A DNA stretch of 64,000 nt, from positions 1-64,000 of the IMG/VR virus record IMGVR_UViG_3300032242_002920; one strand, written 5' to 3'. The notes under the pieces were generated by a model. The model was not told where the DNA came from and did not search any database. It worked only from the letters and a program-made list of their open reading frames with translations. Within the stretch, counting starts at the first letter, position 1. Each line of letters opens with the position of its first letter. Positions 18,901-29,600 of the stretch are shown here, one piece after another. The stretch is from a virus. A program made the position numbers and the translations under genes.

Positions 18901-21242
18901 CAAATTTCTTTGGTCAATCTAAAGTTGATTCTAATTTAAGATATCAAATTATTTTATCTAATACCAATCAAGTTAAAACGACGTTTTCTTCAGAAAATTG
19001 TTTAATTGTTGACAATACACAGTGGTTAAGAAGTCCATACAATGGAACTGACCGTCATTATTCTCCATATTTGACACTAACTCCAAAATCGCGTAATAAA
19101 TTTACTATTGCAAGACAGTGGATAAATCAGATTAAATCTGCAATTCATAATAACGATGTTAACACTCCTGTAACTTTTGGCACCATTTACGTAGATGCAA
19201 ACGGAGGTGCGGGTGCAGGATTTAGCGTAGATAACACTCGCGATTTGATTGACATTTTAAGTCCACATCAATACGTTGGAGGAATTTTTGGCAATCAAAC
19301 TATTGATGATAATGTATCTACGCTAGCGGCGTGTTACAACAATTATGATAAGCCGGTTTTCTTAGAAGAAGGCGCGATACCTCAAGGCGGAACTTATATA
19401 AATGCATTTGTGACATCTCCAAGAACGGTTGCCAATTATATTTTAAGAAGTAAAAAATATCTTGCTGGTGCTTTAAATAACTATCAGGCTAAAGGCGTTT
19501 GGGTTACCGATCCATTTAATTCAAATTATCAAGTCACCTTTGATTTATTAAAACCGTTTATGAATGATGCCTTATCAAATGATTTTGGAACAGATCCCTC
19601 CGATGGTTCCACTTTTGGTCAATCTACACCTTTCTTATCTTTAAGTTCGACTAATATTCCAAAGCGAAAAGGTCGTAGGTACCTTGTTCCATCAATTGAT
19701 AAAAATAGAATTCAATCATCGGCAAAAGCAATTTCTGGTTCATCCGATTGCTTACCTAGGGGAACTTATAAGTATATTGTAACCGCAGTTGTTAGCGGAA
19801 AGGAATTACCGGCATATCCGTCTGCTCAATGTTCGGTTAACATTTCTTCTGATAATAAATATTATGCGGAAATTGATTGGTCCCTGCCACTAGACGAATA
19901 CTCCATCGCTCAAATTGATTCATATAGAATTTATCGATATTCAGATTCTAATAACCAGTATTTGTTAGTAGGCATATCTCCTGCATATCTTGATAACACT
20001 TATATCGACAATTACTACAGCAATAGCTCTAGTGGATACTATCACGGGTTTCTTTTTTCAGATTTGGCCAAAACTATGACAACCAATACTACAAGAATTT
20101 ATATTAAGGATAATCAAAATTCTTTCTTTTTAGATTCAGGTGGATGTCGGATTGGTACACAAGATCTTGCTTATAACGCAAAGACTTACGAAAGCTCTTC
20201 AAATACATGGTATTTGACAATTTCAAATCACACCGGTTCTGACAATTCTCACTCTCTTGGAACAAACGTTTATCCGACATTTTCTCAATTTACAGACAAT
20301 AAGGGTTTGATAGATTTTTCACCCAACGCTTATACATATTCCGGATTTGTACCGATTCCAATTGATCCGTTGGCTCCTTCAAATTTTTATGGCGTTGACA
20401 TTGATGCTTCCTATATTGCTCAAACGCATTTAACTAAATCAATTTCTACAACGTCGCCCACATTTTCTCAAATGAGTTCTATATATTATAACGGAACAAA
20501 ACCCTTGGGATCAAAAATTATTTTAAATTTAAATAGCATCAATGTTAGCGCAAATCAAACGATTAATACATTAAAAACTGTAACAAATCTTAAAGTTACT
20601 AAATCTTCGTCTTCATCTGGTGGCAATACTGATCCGACTGGCACGGAAATTATGCAAGTAAAATTGTTTAGATCTCAAGATGTTATTAATAATCAAGATC
20701 AAAGCGGAGCAAGGATTTTAGTTAATAACAATTCTACTCCAACTGCGAATCAATGGTTTAATTCAGGACAACATACATGGTCGATTCCAATTGCAACTGG
20801 CACTTCGAGCTTTCCTATTAATTGGGGAACAAGCGGCTATGATTCAAACGGACAATTATTTATAAATTTCCTTGATGTTTATGATCTTTCGTCTGAGCCG
20901 CAACAGGGTCAATATGTTTCTGGGCCGGGTATAGCTCTTGGATCAACGATATTTTTTAGCGCTTATGTTAACACTCAAGATAATGGTCTTTATCATTATC
21001 AAATTCTTTTATCAAATTCAACCACTTCTGATCAAAGTGCGGCAAATGTAACGCTTACATTTACTGACGGTGACCCCAGAGCAGCATTGGACGGACTTGA
21101 ATTGCATTTTCTTCCAGATGATGGAACGAATTACAGTCCGGGAAATGATCCAAATAATTTAAGCCTTTATACTTCATATGTAGAAGTTAAATTAACAGAG
21201 ACATTATCAAGAGTTGGGACTCCCGTCGCGACAATTGTATAG
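15939..21242 (+). CDS. Large virion-associated protein: interrupted GH5-like glycoside hydrolase, degenerate SGNH domain and beta modules
   Basis: G.NY, IIRI, HPAVAWYSLINEP, ILSPHQY and KPVFLEE motifs, separated by long inserts. Confidence 0.7.
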   Translation: MITQRLKVEKDQAGNPTGNIIKDDGSLFTAFGHNYDNPRSQIIEDSWNKELYAGGFKGANHIANVSNYRQVDAGIINFGGLLVQTYEVTLTTDGNHNFAPNDKIVLSNVNGTYEKAQAFDINGYIADANTPRITSVSSDNLTIKYTIGWPVGSVPSDIPALNNVTTSVTGLIVAPSTIESDLAILNLNKSNIIRICLQLDKFMTDKNTPNQDQLNKLYEFCDLAAKYDIYVIINGANTWVAANQPDWLIGITEEDRWLTQANFWKAIASKIGGHPAVAWYSLINEPIDQYDDAVISAYSSASGIEIHVTQTDDGTFDSYSVFAGRVGKPGYALMSNGSGIELIQYQDLQVASDPLNTDVDTVFVANLIGITRSAYGSNPTINDANVVGSYISLIDKKPDVTNLQITNIDAVQSTALIDLAPSNSFQPFQIQTNQYQNKFGFVGSDYAAATKAASSVNWGGDDLLGANIPVGASNKTNRYSTQLSLAVGLTEVNHAISGSVLSSNINVFGVPFGYGQVLNARGQGASSDYANGNTFKINSVNFGTNDFLSYGTPYGYNTQFFINSLRTILSRLRSNAVNEFTGLSGFSTVSLNSASGGDYQQYSGGGTKTVTFSTGSGFIGGTIAIGFMVENNANVQAKIAVNSKSYNQSLISGIDTRPGITAPVVKRIPNLPAGANNITITFTVTSGNACLDYWQIESSNPAPIIVHNIAELQVAPITISSAPTASGYTYTYTTSTNHNLFIGESVNISGIAAGTNYNSFNGTFTVVDTPSLNQFTVTGSTLNPTATAISSAQVIANYQVSAIRNWNQEIANLVSTEFFDGTVFYFDVNDSSVLNTGSYVNSPITSPNPNISSDYLNPNDTGHAKISAGCKNLLNINGFGAVNGVSVTGTSYTYTTVIEHGLNVGDLVVIKNATPSTCNGAFTVNAITTKTFTVSGIANPVGLSAAGASYAQCLVQPNTTYFISTTNSSNIPSSSRVGFTTASIAGETNFFGQSKVDSNLRYQIILSNTNQVKTTFSSENCLIVDNTQWLRSPYNGTDRHYSPYLTLTPKSRNKFTIARQWINQIKSAIHNNDVNTPVTFGTIYVDANGGAGAGFSVDNTRDLIDILSPHQYVGGIFGNQTIDDNVSTLAACYNNYDKPVFLEEGAIPQGGTYINAFVTSPRTVANYILRSKKYLAGALNNYQAKGVWVTDPFNSNYQVTFDLLKPFMNDALSNDFGTDPSDGSTFGQSTPFLSLSSTNIPKRKGRRYLVPSIDKNRIQSSAKAISGSSDCLPRGTYKYIVTAVVSGKELPAYPSAQCSVNISSDNKYYAEIDWSLPLDEYSIAQIDSYRIYRYSDSNNQYLLVGISPAYLDNTYIDNYYSNSSSGYYHGFLFSDLAKTMTTNTTRIYIKDNQNSFFLDSGGCRIGTQDLAYNAKTYESSSNTWYLTISNHTGSDNSHSLGTNVYPTFSQFTDNKGLIDFSPNAYTYSGFVPIPIDPLAPSNFYGVDIDASYIAQTHLTKSISTTSPTFSQMSSIYYNGTKPLGSKIILNLNSINVSANQTINTLKTVTNLKVTKSSSSSGGNTDPTGTEIMQVKLFRSQDVINNQDQSGARILVNNNSTPTANQWFNSGQHTWSIPIATGTSSFPINWGTSGYDSNGQLFINFLDVYDLSSEPQQGQYVSGPGIALGSTIFFSAYVNTQDNGLYHYQILLSNSTTSDQSAANVTLTFTDGDPRAALDGLELHFLPDDGTNYSPGNDPNNLSLYTSYVEVKLTETLSRVGTPVATIV

Positions 21243-21265
21243 ACTGCCAAACTATAATATATGAA

Positions 21266-21562
21266 ATGCCAAACAAGATTAAATTAGAAAATCCAAATTA
21301 CGCAGTTAACCTAACTTTGACCAATGGTTTAAACTCTGCCGGTATTGGCAAATCAGATGAAAACTACGTTCATACGCAAACTCAAGTAAATCAAAGTTCA
21401 ACTTGGAATGTCAACCATAATCTTGGCAAATACTGCTCCGTAACAGTTGTAGACAATAATAACGACGTAATTATTGGCGAAATTCACTACGTTGACACAA
21501 ACAACGTGATTTTAACATTTAATTCAACAACTCCCGTTTGGGGATGGGCTTACTGTAACTAA
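21266..21562 (+). CDS. Small virion fibre-associated protein
   Basis: YVHTQ...STWNVNHNLGKYCSVTVVD...GEI.Y.D.N...LTF...G.AYCN. Confidence 0.75.
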   Translation: MPNKIKLENPNYAVNLTLTNGLNSAGIGKSDENYVHTQTQVNQSSTWNVNHNLGKYCSVTVVDNNNDVIIGEIHYVDTNNVILTFNSTTPVWGWAYCN

Positions 21563-23019
21563 TGGCAATTAAATTTTATACAAATATCAATTTAAATCGT
21601 AGTCAATTACAAAATGTGGCTATTGAAAATGCTAGCACCGATCCCGGAACGACCACTCTGGGTCACTTTTATTTTAATACAACTAATAATCGCATTGCTA
21701 TTAATAAAGGAACTAGCGTAAGTCCTAGCTGGGTTCAAATTCCTTACGCTGGCAGCATTGTCAATACAGATTTTGCTTCACAGGCTACTGCAAATAGAGT
21801 TCTTGCTTCTCCAACGAGTGGTAGTGGAACGCCAACATTCCGACAAATTGTAGTTGGCGATATTGATACAACTTCTGTAAGACTTGATACCGTTGGTTCG
21901 GCAACTGGAACAATTTCCGCTGGTACGAGCGGCGTACCTCAAAAAATTCAATACGTTGCCACCCCTACTGCCGATAATGATGCGGCCAATAAAAGTTATG
22001 TTGATGCTGCCGTTGCTAATCTTAATGTTCACGCCCCCGTTGTAGCAGCTACCACGGCAGACCTCGGAAATAGCTATACCGCGCCAAACGGAAACGGCAT
22101 TGGAGCTTATCTTACTGTTACGGCAACTAGTTCAACTTTGACAATTGATGGCAAGTTACTTACGGCGGGAACCAACTATACCGGCGACAGAATTCTTGTT
22201 AAAAATCAAACAACTCAAACCCAAAATGGCGTTTATTACCTTGATAGTTTTCCAACTTCATCTACCGCCAAACTTATTCGTGACACGGATTATGATGGAA
22301 GCGTTACTGGTGAAGTTGCAAACGGTGATTACATTTTCGTTCTTTACGGTGGTCAAAAATCAACTGCTTGGATTCAATCCGGCACCAACCCTCTTACTGT
22401 TGGCACAAGCAATCTTACATTTACTCAGTTTACACAACTTGCTTCATATACAGGAAGCAATGGCGTTAAACTTGTAAACGGTACTGATTTTCAAATTGAT
22501 AATACGACCGTTCCTGTCGCATCAAGCACTGGTAGCGGTAAATTTGTTCTTGATACTTCGCCAACTCTTACTACTCCAACAATTGGTGTTGCAACTGCAA
22601 CATCGGTAAATAAAGTTACAATTACCGCACCATCTTCATCTGCAACTTTAACACTTTTCAATGGATCGACCCTTGCAACAGGCAATGCCAACTCGGTTAC
22701 ATTTTCAGGAGTATCTGGCGGTTCTAATGTCAATGTTCCTTCATCAGGTACACTTGCAACCACTCCAACTGGAACTAATCAAAGTCTTCCAACTAAGTAT
22801 GTAACAACCTTTAATGCCACGTCTGGAAACGTATCAAAGGTTATCCCTCAAGCAACTCACGGACTTTCATCTAATAGAAATCTTATTGTTCAAGTTTCTG
22901 ATTCCTCTGGCAATGTCGTGTATACTGATATTGTTATTAGTGCGGCAGGTCAAGTTACTATTACATTTGCAGATGTTGCAGCAAGTTACGATACATACGA
23001 TATTACCATCATTGGTTAA
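21562..23019 (+). CDS. Fibre-like virion protein
   Basis: DAANKSYVD; DRILVKNQT..TQNGVY; FTQF; C-terminal THGL...VQV. Confidence 0.8.
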   Translation: MAIKFYTNINLNRSQLQNVAIENASTDPGTTTLGHFYFNTTNNRIAINKGTSVSPSWVQIPYAGSIVNTDFASQATANRVLASPTSGSGTPTFRQIVVGDIDTTSVRLDTVGSATGTISAGTSGVPQKIQYVATPTADNDAANKSYVDAAVANLNVHAPVVAATTADLGNSYTAPNGNGIGAYLTVTATSSTLTIDGKLLTAGTNYTGDRILVKNQTTQTQNGVYYLDSFPTSSTAKLIRDTDYDGSVTGEVANGDYIFVLYGGQKSTAWIQSGTNPLTVGTSNLTFTQFTQLASYTGSNGVKLVNGTDFQIDNTTVPVASSTGSGKFVLDTSPTLTTPTIGVATATSVNKVTITAPSSSATLTLFNGSTLATGNANSVTFSGVSGGSNVNVPSSGTLATTPTGTNQSLPTKYVTTFNATSGNVSKVIPQATHGLSSNRNLIVQVSDSSGNVVYTDIVISAAGQVTITFADVAASYDTYDITIIG

Positions 23020-23033
23020 AGTAAAGGGGCAGA

Positions 23034-25841
23034 ATGTCCGCTAAGTTTAAAAATGGTATAGATGTAAACTCGCAGAAAATTACCTCTGTTGCAGATCCTG
23101 CTGCATCAACTGATGCTACAACGAAGAATTACGTTGATACTCAAGATGCTCTTAATGCTAAATTAGCCTCTGCTAATACTTTTACTGCTGCTAACACTAT
23201 TGCCCCTACTTCTACAACCGCAGTACCCTTAACACTTAAGGGTACCTCAAGTCTTGGATCATCTCTTTCTGGTTTGGTAGTAACTACTTCAAACGCAACC
23301 GCCACTGCAACATTAACTGCCACCGGAGGTAGTCTTTCCGCAACAGGCCTTCAGCCTTATACTACATATGCCATTTCTTCCTCTGGTATTCCCAGCATAA
23401 CTAAAGATCCAACTGTAGCTTCTGGTCAAACCGGTTATACAGCATATACTTTTACTACTCGCGGCACTATTTCAACTTCAACAACGGTTGGTACTGATCC
23501 CGGTTCAAGTGGTACAACAATTACCGTTGCCAGCACCGCAGGTTTTTCATATACTGGAACAATTCAAATTGATAGTGAGCAAATTACTTATACGGGTTTA
23601 ACGGGAACAACTTTTACTGGATGCACTAGAGGCGCAAATTCTACAACTGCTGCTGCTCACACTGCTGGGGCAACGGTTACTTTTGCAGGTATGCCAATAT
23701 TTTTGAGTCCAACTCCTTCTGGTGTTACAGCCGCAACTAATGCTGCCGCAACAGTAACTTTATCTGCCGATATATCCGATGTAAGTGATGTTAATAATAA
23801 TGTGTTGGCAAAATTTGATCAAACTGGTTCATTAACTTTAAATAATGGTTTGATTATTAATAGGAGCATGTATACAGCAACATGGCCAGTTGTCATTAAT
23901 ACTGAAAGTTCATCATTTAGCTCTTCAGCAACAACGTATTATTACACCGTTGTTCCAGTATTTTCAAATGGCGACGGATTTGTAGCAACAACAAATGCAT
24001 CTACAACTTCAACCGCTTCTGGTTATGTGAGGCAAACGCAAACTACAGTTAATAATACAAATACCGTTACTTTGAATTGGGTTCAAACTGCGGGCGCGAT
24101 TGGTTACAAAATTTATCGCAATACGTCCAACGCTTTTACTGCATCCGGTCTACTTTTAACCACAATTACTAGCGGATCAATTACATCTTACAAAGATACA
24201 GGAACAAGTACTTCGGGTGCCGCTCCAGCCGGGGTATCATCAATGAACCAATACGCTTTTGCAATTTACGATCATGCCGGTACTGCTGCGTTTACCGTCA
24301 ACAGGGCTTTTGCAAATACTGCTATCAACAACGGTCTACAAGTTGGGCAGTCTGGCTCTGGCGGCGCTGGTACTTTGGTTTCGCCATCTTATGCCCTAAA
24401 CACGCAAGGAAGCTCGTCTACTGCTATTCCATTACTTGCTAGGTCAAGAGTTGATCAAACTCTAGATATTTTAAGAATTTCAGATCAAAATAACAGCATT
24501 TATGCTTCATTTGATAATTTTGGCAATTTAAAAAATAATGGTACAAATGTTTATGTTAATGCTTTGTCAGTTCCTTCTCCTTCTGCTGCATTGGCTTCGG
24601 GAGGATCGTTAACGGTTAGCACACAATACAATTATCAGGTTACGGCTGTTAACCCTCAGGGAGAAACAACGGTTAGCTCAACTGTAAATGTTACCCCCAC
24701 ATCCGGTAACCAGACTGCATCATTGTCTTGGACGCAAATTCCCGGTGCTTCTGGCTATAAAATTTATAGAGCGACTGGTGCAAGTCCAACATGGACGGGC
24801 GCACAATACATTCCAGTATCTGGAACTCAACAAACAACTGCTAGCTCTACAACAACAAATACATATAACGATACAGGAACAACTCCGTTTTCATCAGCAT
24901 CTGTATCGGGAACGACTGTCACTCTTACAACGTCTGTGGCTCACGGACTTTATGGCGGTCAACTTGTTTCTTTTTCAGGGTTTGCAAATAATGCAGGCAC
25001 GAACTGGACAACTCTTAACTCTGGTTCTTATGCAGTTTCTCTCAATAGCTCAACACAGTTTACTATTACTGTTTCATCTAGCACACCAACAAGTACCGCT
25101 ACATTAACAAATGCTTATTTTGCCGGTACCGCTCCAACCGCTCCTACTGGAACTAAATTAATTACTCAAGCTTGGAATGGTCAAACAGGAAATATTCAAG
25201 AATGGCAAAACAGTTCTGGTACTGCATTAACTAAAGTTGATGCCTCTGGCAATTTAACTGCGGCATCTATTATTAAAACTGGAGGAACATCATCTCAACT
25301 TCTCAAAGCAGATGGATCTGTTGTAAACTATGCCTCGCCTTGGGTAACTGTTTCTGAAAAATCAGGAACCATATCGGCAATTAACGGATTTCAATATATT
25401 CTTGGTAATAATAACGCAACCGTAATTAGTACAGCAACTACTGGCGCGGGTCACACTTTTTATCTCGATCCAGCCGATTATACAGTTAGCGGATTTACTA
25501 CTAACTGGAGGTTAATAGTTACTGGTCTAACAAATACCAATACCACAATTAGCGGTTCAACCAGAGTCGTTGCTTCGCTTTATCCAGCCGTTGCTGCAAC
25601 AACAACAACAGCGGGAAGCACCGCTCCGTCTATCAACGGATTACTTCAATATTTAGCAACTAATGTTCCGGCAGTAAGCGCGACATATTCGTTAATTAAT
25701 GCCACTAGCTCTACTTATACTTCAACATTTAATGGTGCCGGACTTTATGCATTAACAATATATGCACCATCGGGTTCAATCAGTGGCACAAACTTTGCCG
25801 CACAGTTTACAGTTCAATTACAAGTAAGATATACTGCTTAA
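23034..25841 (+). CDS. Fibre/appendage virion protein with FN3-like and other beta modules
   Basis: DATTKNYVD; two Y.Y.V..V...W....GA.GYKIYR modules; IDSEQI.Y...CTRG module; extreme Thr/Ser content. Confidence 0.8.
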   Translation: MSAKFKNGIDVNSQKITSVADPAASTDATTKNYVDTQDALNAKLASANTFTAANTIAPTSTTAVPLTLKGTSSLGSSLSGLVVTTSNATATATLTATGGSLSATGLQPYTTYAISSSGIPSITKDPTVASGQTGYTAYTFTTRGTISTSTTVGTDPGSSGTTITVASTAGFSYTGTIQIDSEQITYTGLTGTTFTGCTRGANSTTAAAHTAGATVTFAGMPIFLSPTPSGVTAATNAAATVTLSADISDVSDVNNNVLAKFDQTGSLTLNNGLIINRSMYTATWPVVINTESSSFSSSATTYYYTVVPVFSNGDGFVATTNASTTSTASGYVRQTQTTVNNTNTVTLNWVQTAGAIGYKIYRNTSNAFTASGLLLTTITSGSITSYKDTGTSTSGAAPAGVSSMNQYAFAIYDHAGTAAFTVNRAFANTAINNGLQVGQSGSGGAGTLVSPSYALNTQGSSSTAIPLLARSRVDQTLDILRISDQNNSIYASFDNFGNLKNNGTNVYVNALSVPSPSAALASGGSLTVSTQYNYQVTAVNPQGETTVSSTVNVTPTSGNQTASLSWTQIPGASGYKIYRATGASPTWTGAQYIPVSGTQQTTASSTTTNTYNDTGTTPFSSASVSGTTVTLTTSVAHGLYGGQLVSFSGFANNAGTNWTTLNSGSYAVSLNSSTQFTITVSSSTPTSTATLTNAYFAGTAPTAPTGTKLITQAWNGQTGNIQEWQNSSGTALTKVDASGNLTAASIIKTGGTSSQLLKADGSVVNYASPWVTVSEKSGTISAINGFQYILGNNNATVISTATTGAGHTFYLDPADYTVSGFTTNWRLIVTGLTNTNTTISGSTRVVASLYPAVAATTTTAGSTAPSINGLLQYLATNVPAVSATYSLINATSSTYTSTFNGAGLYALTIYAPSGSISGTNFAAQFTVQLQVRYTA

Positions 25842-25879
25842 CCTACTAAATACTCTACTACGAAGGAATAACTTATAGA

Positions 25880-26659
25880 ATGGCATATATTGGCGTCAAT
25901 ATTTACTCTTATAACAGCGGCATCACCTATGACAAGGGAGATATCGTAGCAGATTCATCTGCGGCACAGGTTTATGGAACTGTAACCGCTGCTATTGCAG
26001 GCGCGACTCAATTAACTCTTACTGCGACTGCTGGTACCCCGGCAGTTGGTATGGTCATTTCATCCTTAAATGGAGTCGGCATTCCCGCCGGTACTACTAT
26101 CACCTCAGTCTCAGGATCTAGCTCATATACGGTTGGTTTGAGTCAAGCTTTGACCGTGCCGCTTGCTAACGGTTCTAGGGTTGGAGCCGCCCTTTATTGG
26201 CAGTCCGCTGTCAATAACAATAAGGGTAATACTCCATCAGTATCTTCTCCTTTTTGGACCGCTCAACCAGTTGCCGCTGATGCTACGGTTAACCTTGCAC
26301 AAAACGGACTTACGCCTTATACTTGGGTATTTGATGGCACTAACGGTACGCTTACTACCGATGCCCTTAAAGTTGAAACGCATGATAAATTTACTGGAAC
26401 CGTTTTTAATACTGGAGCCGCTGGCAACCTTTACATTCAGCAAAGCTCGGATGGTAAGAACTGGGATTATGTCTCTTCGGCAGTAGCAACTGCATCGGCA
26501 ACCATCGATAATCGTTACGGCACACTTGCCGGTTTCTCAAATAAGTTTTCAGAAGAAGTAATTGCACCCTACATTCGACTTAAGTTTGTTTACGCTGCTA
26601 CTCTTCCAACAGTATTTAGGCTCAACGCCCGCACATCTGACTCTGGCGTTAAGTATTAG
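25880..26659 (+). CDS. Virion protein with an interrupted CBM5/12-like module
   Basis: YDKGDIV...[insert]...YWQSAVNNNKGNTP...W; C-terminal IQQSSDG.NWD...PYIRLKF. Confidence 0.7.
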   Translation: MAYIGVNIYSYNSGITYDKGDIVADSSAAQVYGTVTAAIAGATQLTLTATAGTPAVGMVISSLNGVGIPAGTTITSVSGSSSYTVGLSQALTVPLANGSRVGAALYWQSAVNNNKGNTPSVSSPFWTAQPVAADATVNLAQNGLTPYTWVFDGTNGTLTTDALKVETHDKFTGTVFNTGAAGNLYIQQSSDGKNWDYVSSAVATASATIDNRYGTLAGFSNKFSEEVIAPYIRLKFVYAATLPTVFRLNARTSDSGVKY

Positions 26660-26667
26660 GTGACATT

Positions 26668-29600
26668 ATGGATCATAAAGGTCCTGAGCACCATTACGAC
26701 GAAATTGAATGCCCCGGATGCGGATCATTCTTTCAACAGGGAGAGATTCAACCAGAGACGGTTCACAATAGCTGCCCAGATTGCGGCTATGATCTCCGTT
26801 CTGGTACCGGAGGTCGTCCTTATCGAGGCCAACCCTCGCCTGTTAATTCAGAAATGACCGAGCGTAATACTCCACTTGATGGAGCATCAGGTGATAGAGG
26901 CGGAAATCCTCTTGGCGAAGGCATCCTTGCTGGGCTTAAGGATAAAATGAATTGGGAAGAAATTGCTGAGCTTGATGAAGCAACTGAACCTGCCGGTCTT
27001 GGCGAAACTCATCCAGTCAAGGATAATCAGTGGAAACCCGGTGATCGCTCAGACCGCGCCAATGGTAGAGACGAAATGCTTGGTTCCGTGCGCAAATCAA
27101 ATGAGGATTGGGATCAAATTATTGAAGATTTTGAACAAGCTTCTGAAAGGGCTAAAGAGGTCAATGATCTTGAACGCGTCGCTGTTGCTAGTTGGTTAGA
27201 ACATACCGGCGCAGAAGAGTTTCCAATTGACCACCTTGGGTGGGACATCGTTGACGTTGTAGAGCCTTCTAAGGAGTTTACAGAGGCTTCTAATAAATAT
27301 TCGATGCCACTCCCCAAAGGTATTACAGATAATTTACACGAGGCTTTAATTAAAACTAACGCTTGGGTCGAAAATCCAGAGGAAAATGGCAAACTTCGTC
27401 CTTATAAAGAGTACTGGTCTGTGATCAGGCCAAAGACAAGTCAAGGATCAATTCAAATCGGAGTAGAAGACCCTCACATGGCGGATATTATTAATGATGT
27501 AGCTAGAACAGATAACCTGTCTGCTTTAAGTAAAGCTAGCAATACTAAAAATTCAGCATTTCTTGCAGCCCTTCCCGAATTAGCGGCTGGATTAGCTGCT
27601 GGTACAGTGGGATTAGGCGATGTTGCCGGAGTTGCTGGCCCTGCGCTTGCCGGTCATGCCTTAATGAGCGGAGTTGAGGACGTTGCTAACGAGGCACTTG
27701 GCGATCCCGGTCAAATTCCAAATATGCCAATGCAAGATGCTGCTGCTGGCGGACCCGGAAGCGGAGTAACTTCTTCTCATATTGCCACTTACGGCGATGA
27801 ATACGAGCATCCAAGCTCAATTACTCGTCGTATTGAAGATCCCGTTAATGGTGGCATTGACCCACATCAGCGTACAGATGAAAGCAATGATGATTGGGCT
27901 TATGACATGCTTGATGTAAACGAAATGGGTCAATCTAAAGATCCTAAAGGGGCAGATGACGTTAAAGAGCGTCATAAGAGGATGTTTACAACTAACGAGG
28001 ATAAAAAGACTGAAAAGAATCTAGCCGATTCCGAATCAATTCAAAAGTTTCTTAATTTTCTTCCGCTTGTTATGGAATTTTTTAATTCTCCTGAGCCGGG
28101 AGCAGAAGACCCAATCATGCAATCAATTCATGAGGGACTTAATGCAGAGTTTCCCGGTTACCTAGGCGAAGCCGTCCCAGAGGAAGAAAATCAAATTCTT
28201 CTCTTTTTTGGAGACGAGCCAAAGAAAGGTGATAAGAAAAGCAATGCTTTTGGACCCTCTTCTTTGGTAACTGATACGCCAGCTTCTTCACAAATGTCGC
28301 TAGGACAAGAGCATCCTACAACTATGAATAAATGTCATAATTGTGGCGCTGTATTAGACGCATCAGATAAAATTTGCCCCAAGTGCAGTGCTGCTAACGC
28401 GATGGGCGATTCAGCAGAATCGGGTTCTAGCCCAGCTTGGCCTTATGGAACTGCACAAAATCTCGTTCAACCTTACATGGGCAAAGTTCGCACGGCATCG
28501 GATCAGCAAGGTCCGCATACTGATGCTCAACAAGCTGCCGTCGCTGATCTTTTGATTGAACAGGGTCGCGAAGATGAAGTTGGAAACATGCTTGAAAAGC
28601 CTTATGAATATCATGAGGAATTGGCAATTGTTCAAAAGAAAGATCCACTTTTAGGTGAAGATCCAGAAGATCAACCAATGCCTCCAATGGAACAACCTGT
28701 TCAAAATCAAGGTATGCCTCCGGGAATTCCGCCAATGCAAGCTCCAACTCCCGGAGATTTAGGAGGAGGAATGCCTTCACCAATTGCATCTTCTATGCTT
28801 AAAGCTGCATTTAAGTATGGATCTGATAACGTTGCTGGAACTTGTCCAAAATGCGATAGTCATACTACTAAAATGGTTCAACAAGATGGCGTTTCTAAAT
28901 GTCATACTTGCAAGCATCAATGGCAAGATGAAACTTTTGAAAAAGCAGATGGCGACTCTAGCAATGCCAGCACTACGGCAAGTTTTTATCAATCTTTAAA
29001 TATTGATGAGCTTGGAAGCCCCGAGCCTGTTAGTCACATCGACTCATTTAGTGAACCTGAAGAAGAGATTGAAATTGATGATAGTTCACATACTTGGAAA
29101 GACGAGGATGGGGACGATATTCAGGAAGGAAAGGAATATGAAATCTATGCTAATGATTACGATATTCCAGATGTTGGTCGCGTAAATGAAGTCAAGCCAG
29201 ATGCGATTAGCTATACAATTGATAGCGACGGCGGCCTGCAAACAACTATTGAAATTGATCGAAAAGAAGCCGATCTTAATGGTTACCGTTTTGTTCCTGC
29301 CAACGAAGTTTCAGAGTCAAATCCCCATGGAATTGAACAAAATATGGATTCTAAGCCAGTGCCAGTTCCCGGAGAGAGCACAGATCTTTCAACGCCACAT
29401 AGAGAAATTGGAGCGTCAGCTAAAATGTCAAATTACGAACAACTTATCCAAGAAGCCCGCAATTGGCTTCTTGAGCTTGATGGACCCGCAGTCTTCAGAG
29501 AATTTGAAGGCCTAGATTGGGAAGATTACGCTGATGAAATTAACGCCTTGTCTCCTGATCAAGTGCATCAAGCAATTGATACCCATTATGGTGGAGGCTG

